A stretch of DNA of 64,000 nucleotides from Takakia lepidozioides (lineage: Eukaryota; Plantae; Bryophyta), in contig CM060731.1 in the NCBI GenBank assembly GCA_030704615.1, positions 66,712,001 through 66,776,000 on the forward strand, written 5' to 3'. How positions within the stretch are numbered: the first letter of the stretch is position 1; each line of letters opens with the position of its first letter. Of this stretch, positions 1-11,305 are shown piece after piece. The notes under the pieces were generated by a model that did not search any database, was not told the DNA's origin, and saw only the letters and a list, made by a program, of their open reading frames with translations. The position numbers and the translations under genes are program-made.

Positions 1-1618
1 ACATTGTTCCAGACAATTCGTGCCTGGTGGTTCTCATCTAGGGCTGCATCAGAAGACAGTATGAGAGCGCTAGAAGACTGGCTGGCATTTTGGCACTTCT
101 GGTACAGACAATGGGGAGCATGCATGACAACGGTGCGTGCATTTGAAAACTTGAAAATTTCATTGACTTTGTATCCATTTCCAATCATGTCTGTTGTGGT
201 GGGGTGTGCCTGTCCTCTTTCTGATATATGTTTTTCCATTTTGCAGCACTTCTCAATTGAGGAGATGGCAGACATGCCCTCTTGCAATCTGGCGGAGATG
301 GTGCACAATGTATGGTTGCAGCAATCTGGAAAGCGGGGCCGGGATTTGTATGTGGCGACGGCAAATGATCTGGTTCGAGCTCTACTGCAATAGACGAGAT
401 ATCGGGAGTTCTTGCAGAGTGGCGTTGGTGGCAAGGATCCAGACAAGTCCGAGTTGATGTTGCGAGCAGCAAGAAGATCAAGGGATCCGAACAAGATTGC
501 CAGGGCTGTCAACACGTGTGCAGAAGGAACTCCACTGGTGTCCAGAGTCCCCATCTGGAGGGTGAGGAGAGATTTGGGTCTTGTAAACGGAAATTGAACA
601 CCACTCTTGGATCGGATGCAGACTCCCACAGGCCGGACAGGGACAACTTCTCCATGCCGCGTGTTCCATTTCATCATAGGTTTGTTTCCAGCATATCCAG
701 TGCGGACGATCCTTTGTCACAAAGCCAAAGGCAGTCATCTCCCATAGTGAGTGCAATGGGGCAGGAGGCGAACGTGCTCCCCCCTGTGGTGGAGTCCATG
801 TGCCCCGACGAAGTCTGGCACATAGAACGCACCACTGCTGGGTCTCGAGTGAAGTGCACGACAATCAGAGCAACCAATCGTGGGAAATGCCAGTCCTCCA
901 TATCCAGAGGCAAGGTCCGCACTCCGGCTCCGACCTTCACTGGTTTGTTCATGCCTTATGGGCAAGCCGAGGCGAAGAACCACAAATTCTGGTTCTGCCC
1001 TGACGATGTGTGCGTGGGACTGTGCGACCATCGGTTGTCATGAAGCCTCATCCACCAAGCGTTGGGCCTGTGAAGGTGGGGACACATCTCACAACTCACG
1101 AGATTGCCATGCTGGAGGAGGCAGGCTTCTCCTTTCAGCAAGCCCCCTCTGTACATGCAAATGCTTCTACTTCAGCAAGTTTTGGAGTGCCACCACCGAA
1201 CGCTGATGCATGGCCAACAAAACAAAATGGGAAGCTGGTTCGTCGTTTCCCTCCGACTGCCGAGCATTTCGGCAAGGTGGAATCCGCTCGAATGCTTCAA
1301 GGTCGTGTTACAGGCACTACGGAAGTTCCACATCCCAGGTATGGACGAATCTACACTATGATGACCTCCACATCCGCTATGCACGACCGGTTGTACGACA
1401 TTGCAGTTTCAAATTTCCCCAACTGCACCTGTCCAGATTTTGTTGGCATGCTTACAACAAGTTTGGGAAAGACAGGCAAATTTATACCCTGCAAGCATCT
1501 GTATTTTATCTTCTTGAACACAATGGTATGTGATCCCAGACGCAACATCTTCATTCACCAGGCGACCATGCGTTTCAACGAGGTGAATACACTTATGCAG
1601 CGGGATAGGAGCACATAG
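1..1618 (+). pseudogene. MULE transposase C-terminal half with SWIM zinc finger
   Basis: SCNLAEMVHN matches the TxNxxESxN catalytic-Glu motif; SWIM CTCPDF...CKH; GT-AG intron 133-246; in-frame TAG at 391-393; frameshifts near 555 and 1010-1040. Confidence 0.8.
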
Positions 1619-2090
1619 CATCCTCTTCACTTTGGTCATCTGCAAATTCCATTACTGGATTTCACAAGAGTTGAAACTTGAACTTGATGTCCCTTCATAT
1701 ATTTGATGCCAATGCAGTCTCCAATTATGTTGTGCAATGTGTGCCATTTCTTTCTTGTGTGTAGTCGTTCGAAAATAAATGGAATGGATGCAAATGCTTT
1801 CACAAGTTGTTCCTGCATTTTAATTTCTGGTGTTTTGCATGAATGAATGCCACGGCTATAGGCCCCTCGGCTATAGGTGCTACATGTTTCTGATGACATG
1901 GCATCTGGCAAGTTGTTCAGATGCCACGTTATTCTGACGACTGCCACGTCATCCGGATACTGACACGTCAGCAGGCCCACGCTCACGCCACGTTAGCGCG
2001 ACCCCACACTCATGCCATATCAGCTGGTGTGAGCCTGCGCTCACGCCACATCACCTCCGCGTGAGCATACGCTTTCACGCTCACGCGGAA
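1..2090 (+). mobile_element. MULE-like DNA transposon, copy 1 (3' part; 5' part lies outside the window)
   Basis: Protein is collinear with the minus-strand transposase at 4444-6952; 1920-2090 carries the reverse complement of the TGACGTGGCGTGAGC subterminal array at 3806-3950. Confidence 0.8.
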
Positions 2091-2129
2091 GTCATGTCCA
2101 CTTAAATCACTTAAGTGATATAAGATATG

Positions 2130-3792
2130 TTTAAAGGAATGGCAGTGGGAAGATGAGCAAGAGTGAGCTTTTCAGGAGCTCAAGGCAAGGTTGACCTCGG
2201 CGCCCATCTTGAGATGACCTATCAGGGGGCGCCCCTTTTAGCTGCATACGGATTGGAGCATGTCGGGGCTTGGAGTGGTGCTCACACAGGTGGATGATGA
2301 GGGAAGAGAGTTTGTAGTGACTTATGCTAGCCACTCAAACAACGCTGCAGAGTCTAAGTATAGCTCATAGGAGGGAGAGTGTTTAGCTGCAGTGTGGGCC
2401 ATTTTAGGTACTATCTATATTGCAATCTCTTCACTCTTGTCACGGATCACCAGCCACTCAAGTGGTTGATGGAGTCAGACAAACTTACAGGGAAGCTTAC
2501 ACGGTGGCAGTTATACTCCAGGAGTATGACTTTCAGGTTGTTCATCGACCGGGTTTGGTCAATAGAGATGCAGATGGATTGAGTCGCAATCCATGCATGA
2601 GCCAGCATGATGACACTAGAGCTTGGTGGCATGGTGAGACGGACGAGGAAATGGTGTCGGGATGGCATGCATCTGCCTTTTTGTGTATCTTGGCATCGGG
2701 AGGTCAGGTTGGACCTACAACAGGGATGACTGTAGATGGAGTGTCTAAGGACCCTGAGGCTAGTGATGAGTCAGGTGATGCCAGAGATATACATGAGGAT
2801 TCGGTTGTGTTAGACTACCTCCGCACTATAGTCACGACAGCTAGTGTGACTGCTAAAGAGAGGGATCGGATCCTGCAACGAGCCAAGAGGTTCAAGTGGG
2901 AGGGGATACACCTGCGAGTCTTGACTTCGCAGGACCGTTGCCACTGACGATGCGCCACCACAAATATGTGTTGGTGATGGTGGAGCACTTCTCCAAGTGG
3001 ATTGAGTTGATTTCGTTGTCTGACAAGACTAGTGAGGGGGCTGCGTATGCATTCTTGGATCGTGTGCTTAGCCGATTTGGTGCTCCAGCTGAGGTATTCA
3101 TGGACCAAGGGAGAGAGTTCTTGGGGGAGTTTCAGGCTTTGTGTGATAAAGCTTTGATAGACCACCGTACCACTTCTCGGGATCATCCTGAGGCCAATGG
3201 CTTGGCAGAGAGAGTGGTTCAGAAGGTGAAGATGGTTTGCGCAAGTATGGCTTGCAGAAGGGACACCTAAGAGATTGGGATCTTCAGGTACCTTGGTTAG
3301 CCATGGGCTACAGGTTTAGCAAGCAAGCATCACTTGCTTCTCACCATATTTCCTTCTCTTTGGCCGAGAACCGGATTTGTCTGCATCTATTTGCAAGGAG
3401 GCTACAGTAATTCTCAACCTTGATGATCCGGATGTGTTGACACAAGCATGTGCCCAGCGGGCAGAGTTGTTCAAGAGAGTCATGCCTATAGCTTTTGAGA
3501 ACCTTGCTATTGCCCAACACCAAGACACATTGAGGTATGCCACTATACGTGGAGGGGGATATCGGCCAGGTGTTTGGCGTTTCCACCTTGGGGACTATGT
3601 GTATTTGCAGCAGACAACAACCTTGGACGTCACAGCAGGACGTGTGATTCTAAGGGTCAGGGAGGTGTCGCCTTCAGGAATGTTGATTCTGGAGGGTCGA
3701 GATGGCATGGTATGGAAGGACCATGTGTGCAATTGTGCGCCATATCACCCACATGTGGATGGGAGGATAGATCCCAACCTTGCAGTGGTACC
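2130..3792 (+). mobile_element. Ty3/Gypsy pol remnant (RT connection, RNase H, integrase), with deletions
   Basis: AFQELKARLTSAPIL, FTLVTDHQPLKWL, HRPGLVNRDADGLSR, integrase DFAGPLP...DQGREF...HPEANGLAER; multiple stops and frameshifts. Confidence 0.9.
3781..3792 (+). repeat. Left target-site duplication TGCAGTGGTACC
   Basis: Identical 12-mer at 14347-14358; removing 3793-14358 restores the Gypsy frame DPNLAVVP-AGLCCMLC. Confidence 0.9.
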
Positions 3793-3805
3793 CAACGACG
3801 CAATG

Positions 3806-3950
3806 GAGTGAGCGTTGCGCGTGAGCGCACGAGCGTACGCTCACGCAGGAGTGACGTGGCGTGAGCGTACGCTCACGCCAGCTGACGTGGCGTGAGCCTA
3901 CACACACGCTGACGTGGCGTGAGCATCATGTCAGCATGCTGATGTGGCGG
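3806..3950 (+). repeat. Subterminal array of TGACGTGGCGTGAGC / GCTCACGC motifs
   Basis: Three TGACGTGGCGTGAGC copies plus further GTGAGC/GCTCAC units, read directly. Confidence 0.85.
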
Positions 3951-4443
3951 TAAATGATGACATGGCACTGTCCATCATCTGCCACGTCAGCATTAACATG
4001 CGCCGCCTATAACCGTGGATGGTCCTATGACCGTGGAATTAATGCAGGGAATCTTGCCTAAATATAATCAAGACGAGCGTTGAGGCCTACAATTGCAGCA
4101 TCCAACATTGTGCAATTACAAATGCTTGTTTCACTTTTACAATTACGAGGACGAAAAAATATCCTCACAAAGTGTGCGCCATAAAGGCTGCCACGGGAAG
4201 ACCTTCCTCCCTCCTCAAATAACAATGAGAGTTATGATCATCTTCAAAAGATGATTGTAGTGCATAGCGACAGCAAGACATGTAGACTTTGAACGGTGCA
4301 ATGACAAATGTACACTACCTAAAAGTTGTCACTCAGAGCTCACTCCATATAGTTGGAGGCCATATCATTGCACAGCCGACAAATTGATGTTAATTACACA
4401 TTTCAAATCATGGTCGTCCACATACCACATTGCATAGTTGATG

Positions 4444-6952
4444 CTACCCATGTGTTGTATCCCGCTGCAAAAGAGTATCGACCTCGTTGAAACTCATAGT
4501 GGCCTGGTGAATGAAGTTGTCACGTTTGGGATCGCAAACCATCATCCTCAAAAATATGAAATACAAATGTTTGCAGGGTATGAATTTACCTCTCTTGCCC
4601 AAACTGATTGATAGCATATTCACAAAATCAGGACATGTGCAATAGGGGAAATTGGAAACCGTGATGTCGTAGGTCCTGTCATGAACAACAGATGTGGAAG
4701 TGATGATTGTGAATACCCGACCATATCCTGGATCGGGTACTTCCGTGGTGCTTCCAACATGAGCTTGGAGCATTCTTGCGGACTCCACTTTGCCAAGTGT
4801 TCAGCGGTTGGAGGGAAATGCCGAACGAGCTTTCCATCTCGTTTGGTTGGCCACAAGTCAGGATTTGTCGGGGGGACCCGGGAGGACGCAGAAGTAGTAG
4901 CACATGCATGGAGTTGGGGTTGTCTCGCAAAGGAAAAACCTGCCTCCTCCAGCATTTCAATCTCCTGAAAGCTCAGATGTGTTCCCACCTTCACATCTTC
5001 CAATGCTCTCATACTCTCAAGTGATGCAGCTCCAGAAGAGAACCACCAGGCACAAATTGTCTGGAACAAAGTGTCTGCCTCCTTCATTGTTCTAGCATCT
5101 TTGTACTCTTTGCACAATTTACGGTGCTGAGTCTGCATCTCTGGTTTGATGTCCGACTTTGTATGTTTTTCCAGAGATTGTGTCCAATGGAATAGACATG
5201 TACGCTCTCTTCTTCGCATTGGCACTTTTGGGTCGCCCGATCCGAAGACAATACGAACAGCATTGAAATTTGCTTGAGCACTATCCGCCATGAAACCTGC
5301 GAAATTTGGAGATGGCAGCCCATGGCAGCCCATGACACGTATCAGGGAATTCCACATGAGCTTCTGGGATTCCGTATCCTCGGATTGCATGTCAAAAACT
5401 TCAATTGTCATAACTCGTTGGTACACTGGATCGTAGACATGACAAGCCATTGTCGTCCAATCCTTCACTCGTTTCACATGATCAAACATAAGAAAACAGT
5501 TCTGCAAGTCCCCAGTCTTCTGCATCCGCTTCACGAGGCTAACCCCACTGCCCTTCCCAACAGTCGACATTTTGAAAAGAAAAACTTTGATGGTACCTTG
5601 ACCTGGGAATACATTGTCCTGGATGTAATCGTACTTGCTCACTTGTTTCAATTCCAAAATATTGTCTATGTAGCCTCTGATCCCAGAGCCCATTCTCAAT
5701 GCATTGATCTGATGCCGAATGTTAGGTGAACTTAAAGTGGAGAAATGATCCATGACCAGGTCCAATGCTGCACCGTCAAGTTTAGCCCCACAGAATCCCC
5801 TTCACTCAAAATATGGCTTTCCAAGAAGGACTTGCTTGTGCCAAGAGCAATTGCAGATGTTGTTGCGGATGGGTTTCTCCCGAACTCCTGTTTCATCAAC
5901 CTCGATACTGTCTCAACACTCTCCCTGTAATCCCCCTTCGAGACAGGATGGTTATAGAATCCGAAATGCACACAAGCTCTTGTCATTGTTTTCAAACGGT
6001 GGACAACATAGTACATTCTTGCTCCGTAGAGCGCCAAACAGGATGGCACAAGTTTGCAGAATTTGCAGACGAAAGTGTTTGCCGGTGGAGGGGCAGTCCC
6101 AGGCTGAAATGGATTTTCCGCCAGACCCTCCCATTCGCTTTGATTATGAACCCCAGACTGAAGAAAGTGTCTGCAATTCAAATTATCACACCTAAGGTGT
6201 CCATTGCAAACTGTCCTCCTAAAAACAAGCTTGTCATCATTCTGAATAATGGATGTTTTTGTTCTGCACCACGGGTGTCCGTCGTGTTTCTTGTCCATTC
6301 CATGCATCATGATTGTTACACCTCCAACTCGCGGAGGAGGAGGCAGCTCAAATAGGATATCGCCATCAAAAGTCTCCGGCAAGAACTTCATAGGCACCTG
6401 CTTCAAAGATTCCCAATCAATTCCCCGCAACTCACTTTTGAATCCAGCCATTCCTCCCATCGCCCACAATTTTGGAATGACACTACAAATCTCTTCTTCA
6501 TCAGCTTCTCCAACCACAGTAGGAAGGACTGGATTTGGAATTTCACTTATGTCATCATCGGACGAATCCGAAAGCTCAACGATTGGAGTGGAGGACGTCT
6601 GTTCTTTTTTCACTACCACCTCCCTCTTGTCTTCAACGACCGAAGCAGCAGTCCCGGGCGTCACATATGACCCAAGGGACTTTCGCCGAGGCTTTCCAAG
6701 TACTCTGTATCGACCAGGACGCACTCTCCACTGGCTGATATGAGCCGTCTCTTCACGGTTTTGGAAAGAGTATTTTAATAACTTCCCTTTAAGATCGTAC
6801 ACCTCTTTCTCCAAAAAGATGGAGCCATTCTGCAGCTGAAAACGGGTAGCCAAGACATGTTCCAGAACAATTGCAAATCCATTGTCAAGGACTTCCTGGG
6901 AGAACGGCACTGGTTTGTCGTCAGAGAAGAACTCCGCTTCAGAGGAAGCCAT
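4444..6952 (-). pseudogene. MULE (IS256-related) transposase with Cys/His-rich N-terminal domain and SWIM finger, internally deleted
   Basis: LMFDHVKR (first Asp), FMADSAQANFNAV (second Asp), TCLFHW (CxxH), SWIM CTCPDF...CKH; frameshifts near 5760 and 4790; segment holding the catalytic Glu is missing at ~4995. Confidence 0.85.
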
Positions 6953-8275
6953 CTTCCTTCCTCGCGTACGTTTATACCTTGCTATCGCAGATCTAGTGTA
7001 AATCGGTTACTGATGTCTCCAGAACACAGTTGAAGAATGAGCGGAGAATATGGCGGAGGAAGCTCAGACAACAACTGTGCATATTATGTTATTCTTTCCA
7101 GATATGCAGCCGTCCATTTTAATTACTTTTCTTGTGGGCCCAGTGGTCAGAGTATCCCTAGGAGCAGTGTCGGCAGCTGTTAAACCGTTAATCAGAACCT
7201 CATCAATAAACCCAATAACAAAGCCGACTTCCTGGAAGCATGCCACAGGATCTGAGGATGAGATTGCAGATTAAGTAAATGTATCTTTATACTACTACCA
7301 ATGATCATGCGCACCTGGAAAGTTCCAAATGTGAAACGAATGTGGGGTTTGGCTAACAAGGATGACCGTGTATGATATTCCAAAATTTGTCATCAAACTC
7401 TTGTTCATTTACATTTATTTGTGTAAGACTGTGCGCCAAGATTTCTGGGATTCGCTGTTATTTTTAAATATTGAAACCGTTCTAATAAAGAACACGCCGT
7501 TTATTTTGGGCGACACACGTCAGACATCCATAACTGAATACGAACAGTTGTACACCAATTGCTGGCATGTGCAGTAATAAGGGAACGACTATGTGTAACG
7601 GTCATGTGAGAGGGAATCCGATGCTTCTAGAGACAAGCAAGAACGCAGGCAATCCCGCAAGAAATCGGGAGTCACTGCGTTTTTCTACTTTTCACGCTAA
7701 GAGAGAGAGTGGTAGTCAAGCTGGAGAGGGTTCCTTCTACAATACGAAAGAGAAGAAAGTCTCTTTATTTTACTTCCCTTAGAGAGAGACGCAGAGCAAG
7801 AGAGCAAATGACGAGGCGTCGTTTGTTGGAGAACACAGGGCCAAGGCAGCAGGTGAACGCGGAGACTGATTCACAAGAGCAGACGGAGACTGAGGCAGCG
7901 GCTGTGACACAGTCGGCGATAAGAGTGCGCTAGCCTGTGGATGCAGAGATGATTCGCACGGACACTGAAGGAGGTGGAAGCACGAGGAACGCCGAACCGG
8001 GAGAAGGTCCAGAAACCCTAGAGCAGACAGAAATTCCAGCAGATGTGAGAGGGAAGAGGAAAGCTGCAGAAGGGGATCCAATTTCAAAACCTAAGAAGGC
8101 GCCAGTAAGTTTTCTCTAACTTACATTTCATTGTTGAAGATCTGCGTAGAGATTGAGTGGAATGTCCCAGACAGGGATTGTCGCTACCGACCATCACAAC
8201 GGTGATTTGCTTTCTACTCCTCTGCTAAGGGTTTACCGCACAATGAGTGGGTGACTATCGGTACCGTCATTCACT

Positions 8276-8518
8276 GTTGTTCAGATCATACAGTCTGTCT
8301 GATTGCCTTTCAAGCAGTCCTTCCTCTTCCCTTCTTTAGCAGGAACATGTGATTGAAGTCTACTGAATTGCGAGCGTCATTAACGCCATTCGATTCTCCT
8401 CATGAGATTTATGTACCTATGTGTTTGAAGAGAGAGTGAGGGTCGGCATACCGTCAATCATCGTTGTTCAGATCATACAGTCTGTCTGATTGCCTTTCAA
8501 GCAGTCCTTCCTCTTCCC
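8276..8518 (+). repeat. 56-bp direct repeat in intron 1 (8276-8331 and 8463-8518)
   Basis: GTTGTTCAGATCATACAGTCTG...TCCTCTTCCC occurs twice. Confidence 0.9.
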
Positions 8519-10682
8519 ATGCTGGCGACGGTAATCACAATGGAGTCAATCTGAATAATCTGCACTTACTGTCCGCCCTAAACTATACTGAATGTTGTTG
8601 CCGCCAATCACTTACACATAGATGTCATTACACAACACCGATCCGGCAGGTCCTTATCTTTTGTTATTGTCGTTAACGCCGTTCGCTATCGCTCTTGCTT
8701 TTGTTTTGAATACGGCAGGATCAGCTTTGCTTGTGTAGATTGTGCTGAATTGTTTCACACCATTCATAGTGAGTTTCTTGGAGACAGAGTGATGGTCGTT
8801 ACCGCCGTTTACTATTTGCAAATTACTCAATCAGAATTGAATGGCATCGTGCAGAAAATTGTGAGGTCGAAGCCTACGGGATCAGAGGGGAAAGGATCTG
8901 GAGATGGGGACGAGTCCGGAAAAAACTCAGAGAATACAGATGAAGCAGATGATCTGAATTGCACTACCTTGACAAGGTGAAAGAACTCATGTCATTCCAT
9001 AAGGTAAACTCTCAGGAGATTATAAGGGACATGCTCGTATCTGGAGGGCGTCTGAACATCCCTCTGTGTCGGATGATATCTATGCCTGTTGTGCGTCCAC
9101 CTCTTTCCCATGACATAACAAAATTGGAGAGTGATTTTGTGCATGGATATAGACTTGGTGCACAAGTTTTTTATGTGTCACTAACGGATATAAATGGGAT
9201 AAGCACATTAGTGTCTCCAGAGATCAGTGATAACTGGGATGAGTGCTGGAAAGATGCCAATGAGGAGTTTGAGCTGGGCCTCATGATGGGAAAGAACACC
9301 CAACAATTCTGCAACCACATGTTCTACGTCTGGGACGGCAACCACCGATTGCTGGCATGGATGGGATACATTCAGAAACACCATGCGAAAGACAAAGACA
9401 AGCATGTTGCTATGGAGGCAATGGTTTTGGATCCTGGAAACGACATCGCTAGGCTTCTTACAGCTATGCACGACGTGAACAAGTAAGTCATCCAGGAGAT
9501 TTCATTCCCTCTGTAGTGTCTTATTAATCCCCAAAAAAATGTGTTAAGGAATGCAATGTTTCCAATGTTTTTGCAGATCGACAGAGAAATCGCATGTGGC
9601 AACAAGCTCGGTCCACACACTATTCCGAATTCAGAGGATTGCTCTGATGAAGCTGGATGATTTTCGGACAGTACTTCCACCCAATATAATCAAGAAGTGC
9701 GAAACAGGAAGAGCTGCAGGCACTTGGTATTCTTTGACACGAGAGGCGTTTCTAGAGTACATGTATGCGGTAAGCCCGAGTCTGTACTCAGTTTACTTTT
9801 CGAATACATGTTTGTAGTCCCTTCGGTGCTAATCACTACTTGAATCAATGCAACAAGACTGGCAGAGGCAGCTGAGAAGGGAAAATCCGAATATTACCGC
9901 ACTACACCAGAGGAACTAAGGACATCAAAGGGTGTGGAAGCTGCAATAAAGAAGGAGTTTGAAATGCAAAGAACCAAATTGATGTCCGCCTTCGGAAAAC
10001 AGCTTAGAATAGTAGATCCTGGACTTGGTTCTGAGTTCCTTCAGCAGATCAAAACACACTATGACAAGCATGTGCATCCGGAGATGCAGCAGGAGAAATT
10101 GCAACGGCTGGCCATATCGATGGTCGACCCACAAACAAAAATAAGGTGGCTGGAGATATGGAACTCAGATCAAACAATACAGGACTTGAATCAGTTCCCA
10201 AAGAGCACCATACAGCCTGGCACAAAGATGGAAGGAATCAGTGATTTGGTGTTTAATAACTGGCTCCACAAGGCTACATTTTGGAGTCAGGTGTGTATTC
10301 AAACATGCCGTTTTCTTCTCTTCAAGTATGTGATGAGTATCTTATTTGCAATTCTGACAAATATACAATTTGCAGCTCGAAAAGCGCGCCGTCATTGTGC
10401 TGGATCAGACTTTGAAGGACCTGAACATTTCGATTGTTTCCCCTCCCCAAATGTCATTGGAGGCATACATAAGGAAGTGGAGAGGTCTCACCTGGAGATA
10501 CTATTTTTTCCGGGAGTTCTCCAAAGATGGTAACATTTTTGGTCCAACGACTTTGACAGTCAGGTTGGAGGAGAGTGGGCCATGATGCGAGTTGTGTACA
10601 TGTGCAATGTCATACTTGAAACTCTACTGCTTTTTTGGGGAAAAAATGTGGCTTCATAAGGATTGCAATCATAGATCCAGAT

Positions 10683-11305
10683 TGAATGGCGTTGACGACA
10701 TTCACATCCGGAGTTGTTGAGAGGTCCTCAGAGTTATGTAAATTTTTGTAATGTCCATAGAGTTTACAGTGAGGGTTCCTCACTTCATTTTGCTGAATGT
10801 CAATACAGACATTCAGTTGTTCTGCATTGTTTTTGCCTCTTGCGAGGAATCTGGAGGCTTGATAAGCTCTGTTATGAGAAATCCAAAGTGAATGTCGTTG
10901 ACGACATTCACTTCTGTGTCTGTATTATTCACCAACGACAATTTGAATTTACATGGATTGGGAGCTAAGTAATTGGCTCCTTGTTGGTATTTTTGTGAAT
11001 GGCATTGACGTCATTCACATACAGTGTTGTTGTGAGGTCCTCAATGATATGTTCGTTATGAATGTGCATTGAGTTTTCCGGGAGGGTTCCTTACTCGAGT
11101 TTATGATTTCCATCCTTTGATTTTGCTTCATTTGAGGAATAATTAGGCTTGATTAGGAGTGTATTCACAAATCCAAAATGAATGTCGTTGACGACTTCAC
11201 TTCTATGTCTGTGTCATTCCAAAACGATAGTTTGCATTCACCTGGATAAGGGTGTATTTACAATATCATTGAATGGAATGTTTTGAATGGCGTTGACGAC
11301 ATTCA
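10683..11305. repeat. Intronic ~300-bp tandem units carrying five GAATG(T/G)CGTTGACGACATTC-type palindromes
   Basis: Copies at ~10683, 10886 (13-bp perfect arms), 10994, 11179 and 11284. Confidence 0.85.

Noticed and set aside
8959-9486. Bacterial or plasmid ParB from contamination
   Set aside because: The ORF is bounded by phase-consistent spliceosomal introns inside a TSD-flanked plant transposon
9850-9910. Possible small insertion (CGCACTAC-like footprint) and mutated acceptor at exon 4
   Set aside because: Two reading frames are plausible and cannot be resolved without an intact copy
10683-11305. CRISPR array
   Set aside because: Spacers are 100-200 bp and themselves repeated, there are no cas genes, and the context is a eukaryotic intron
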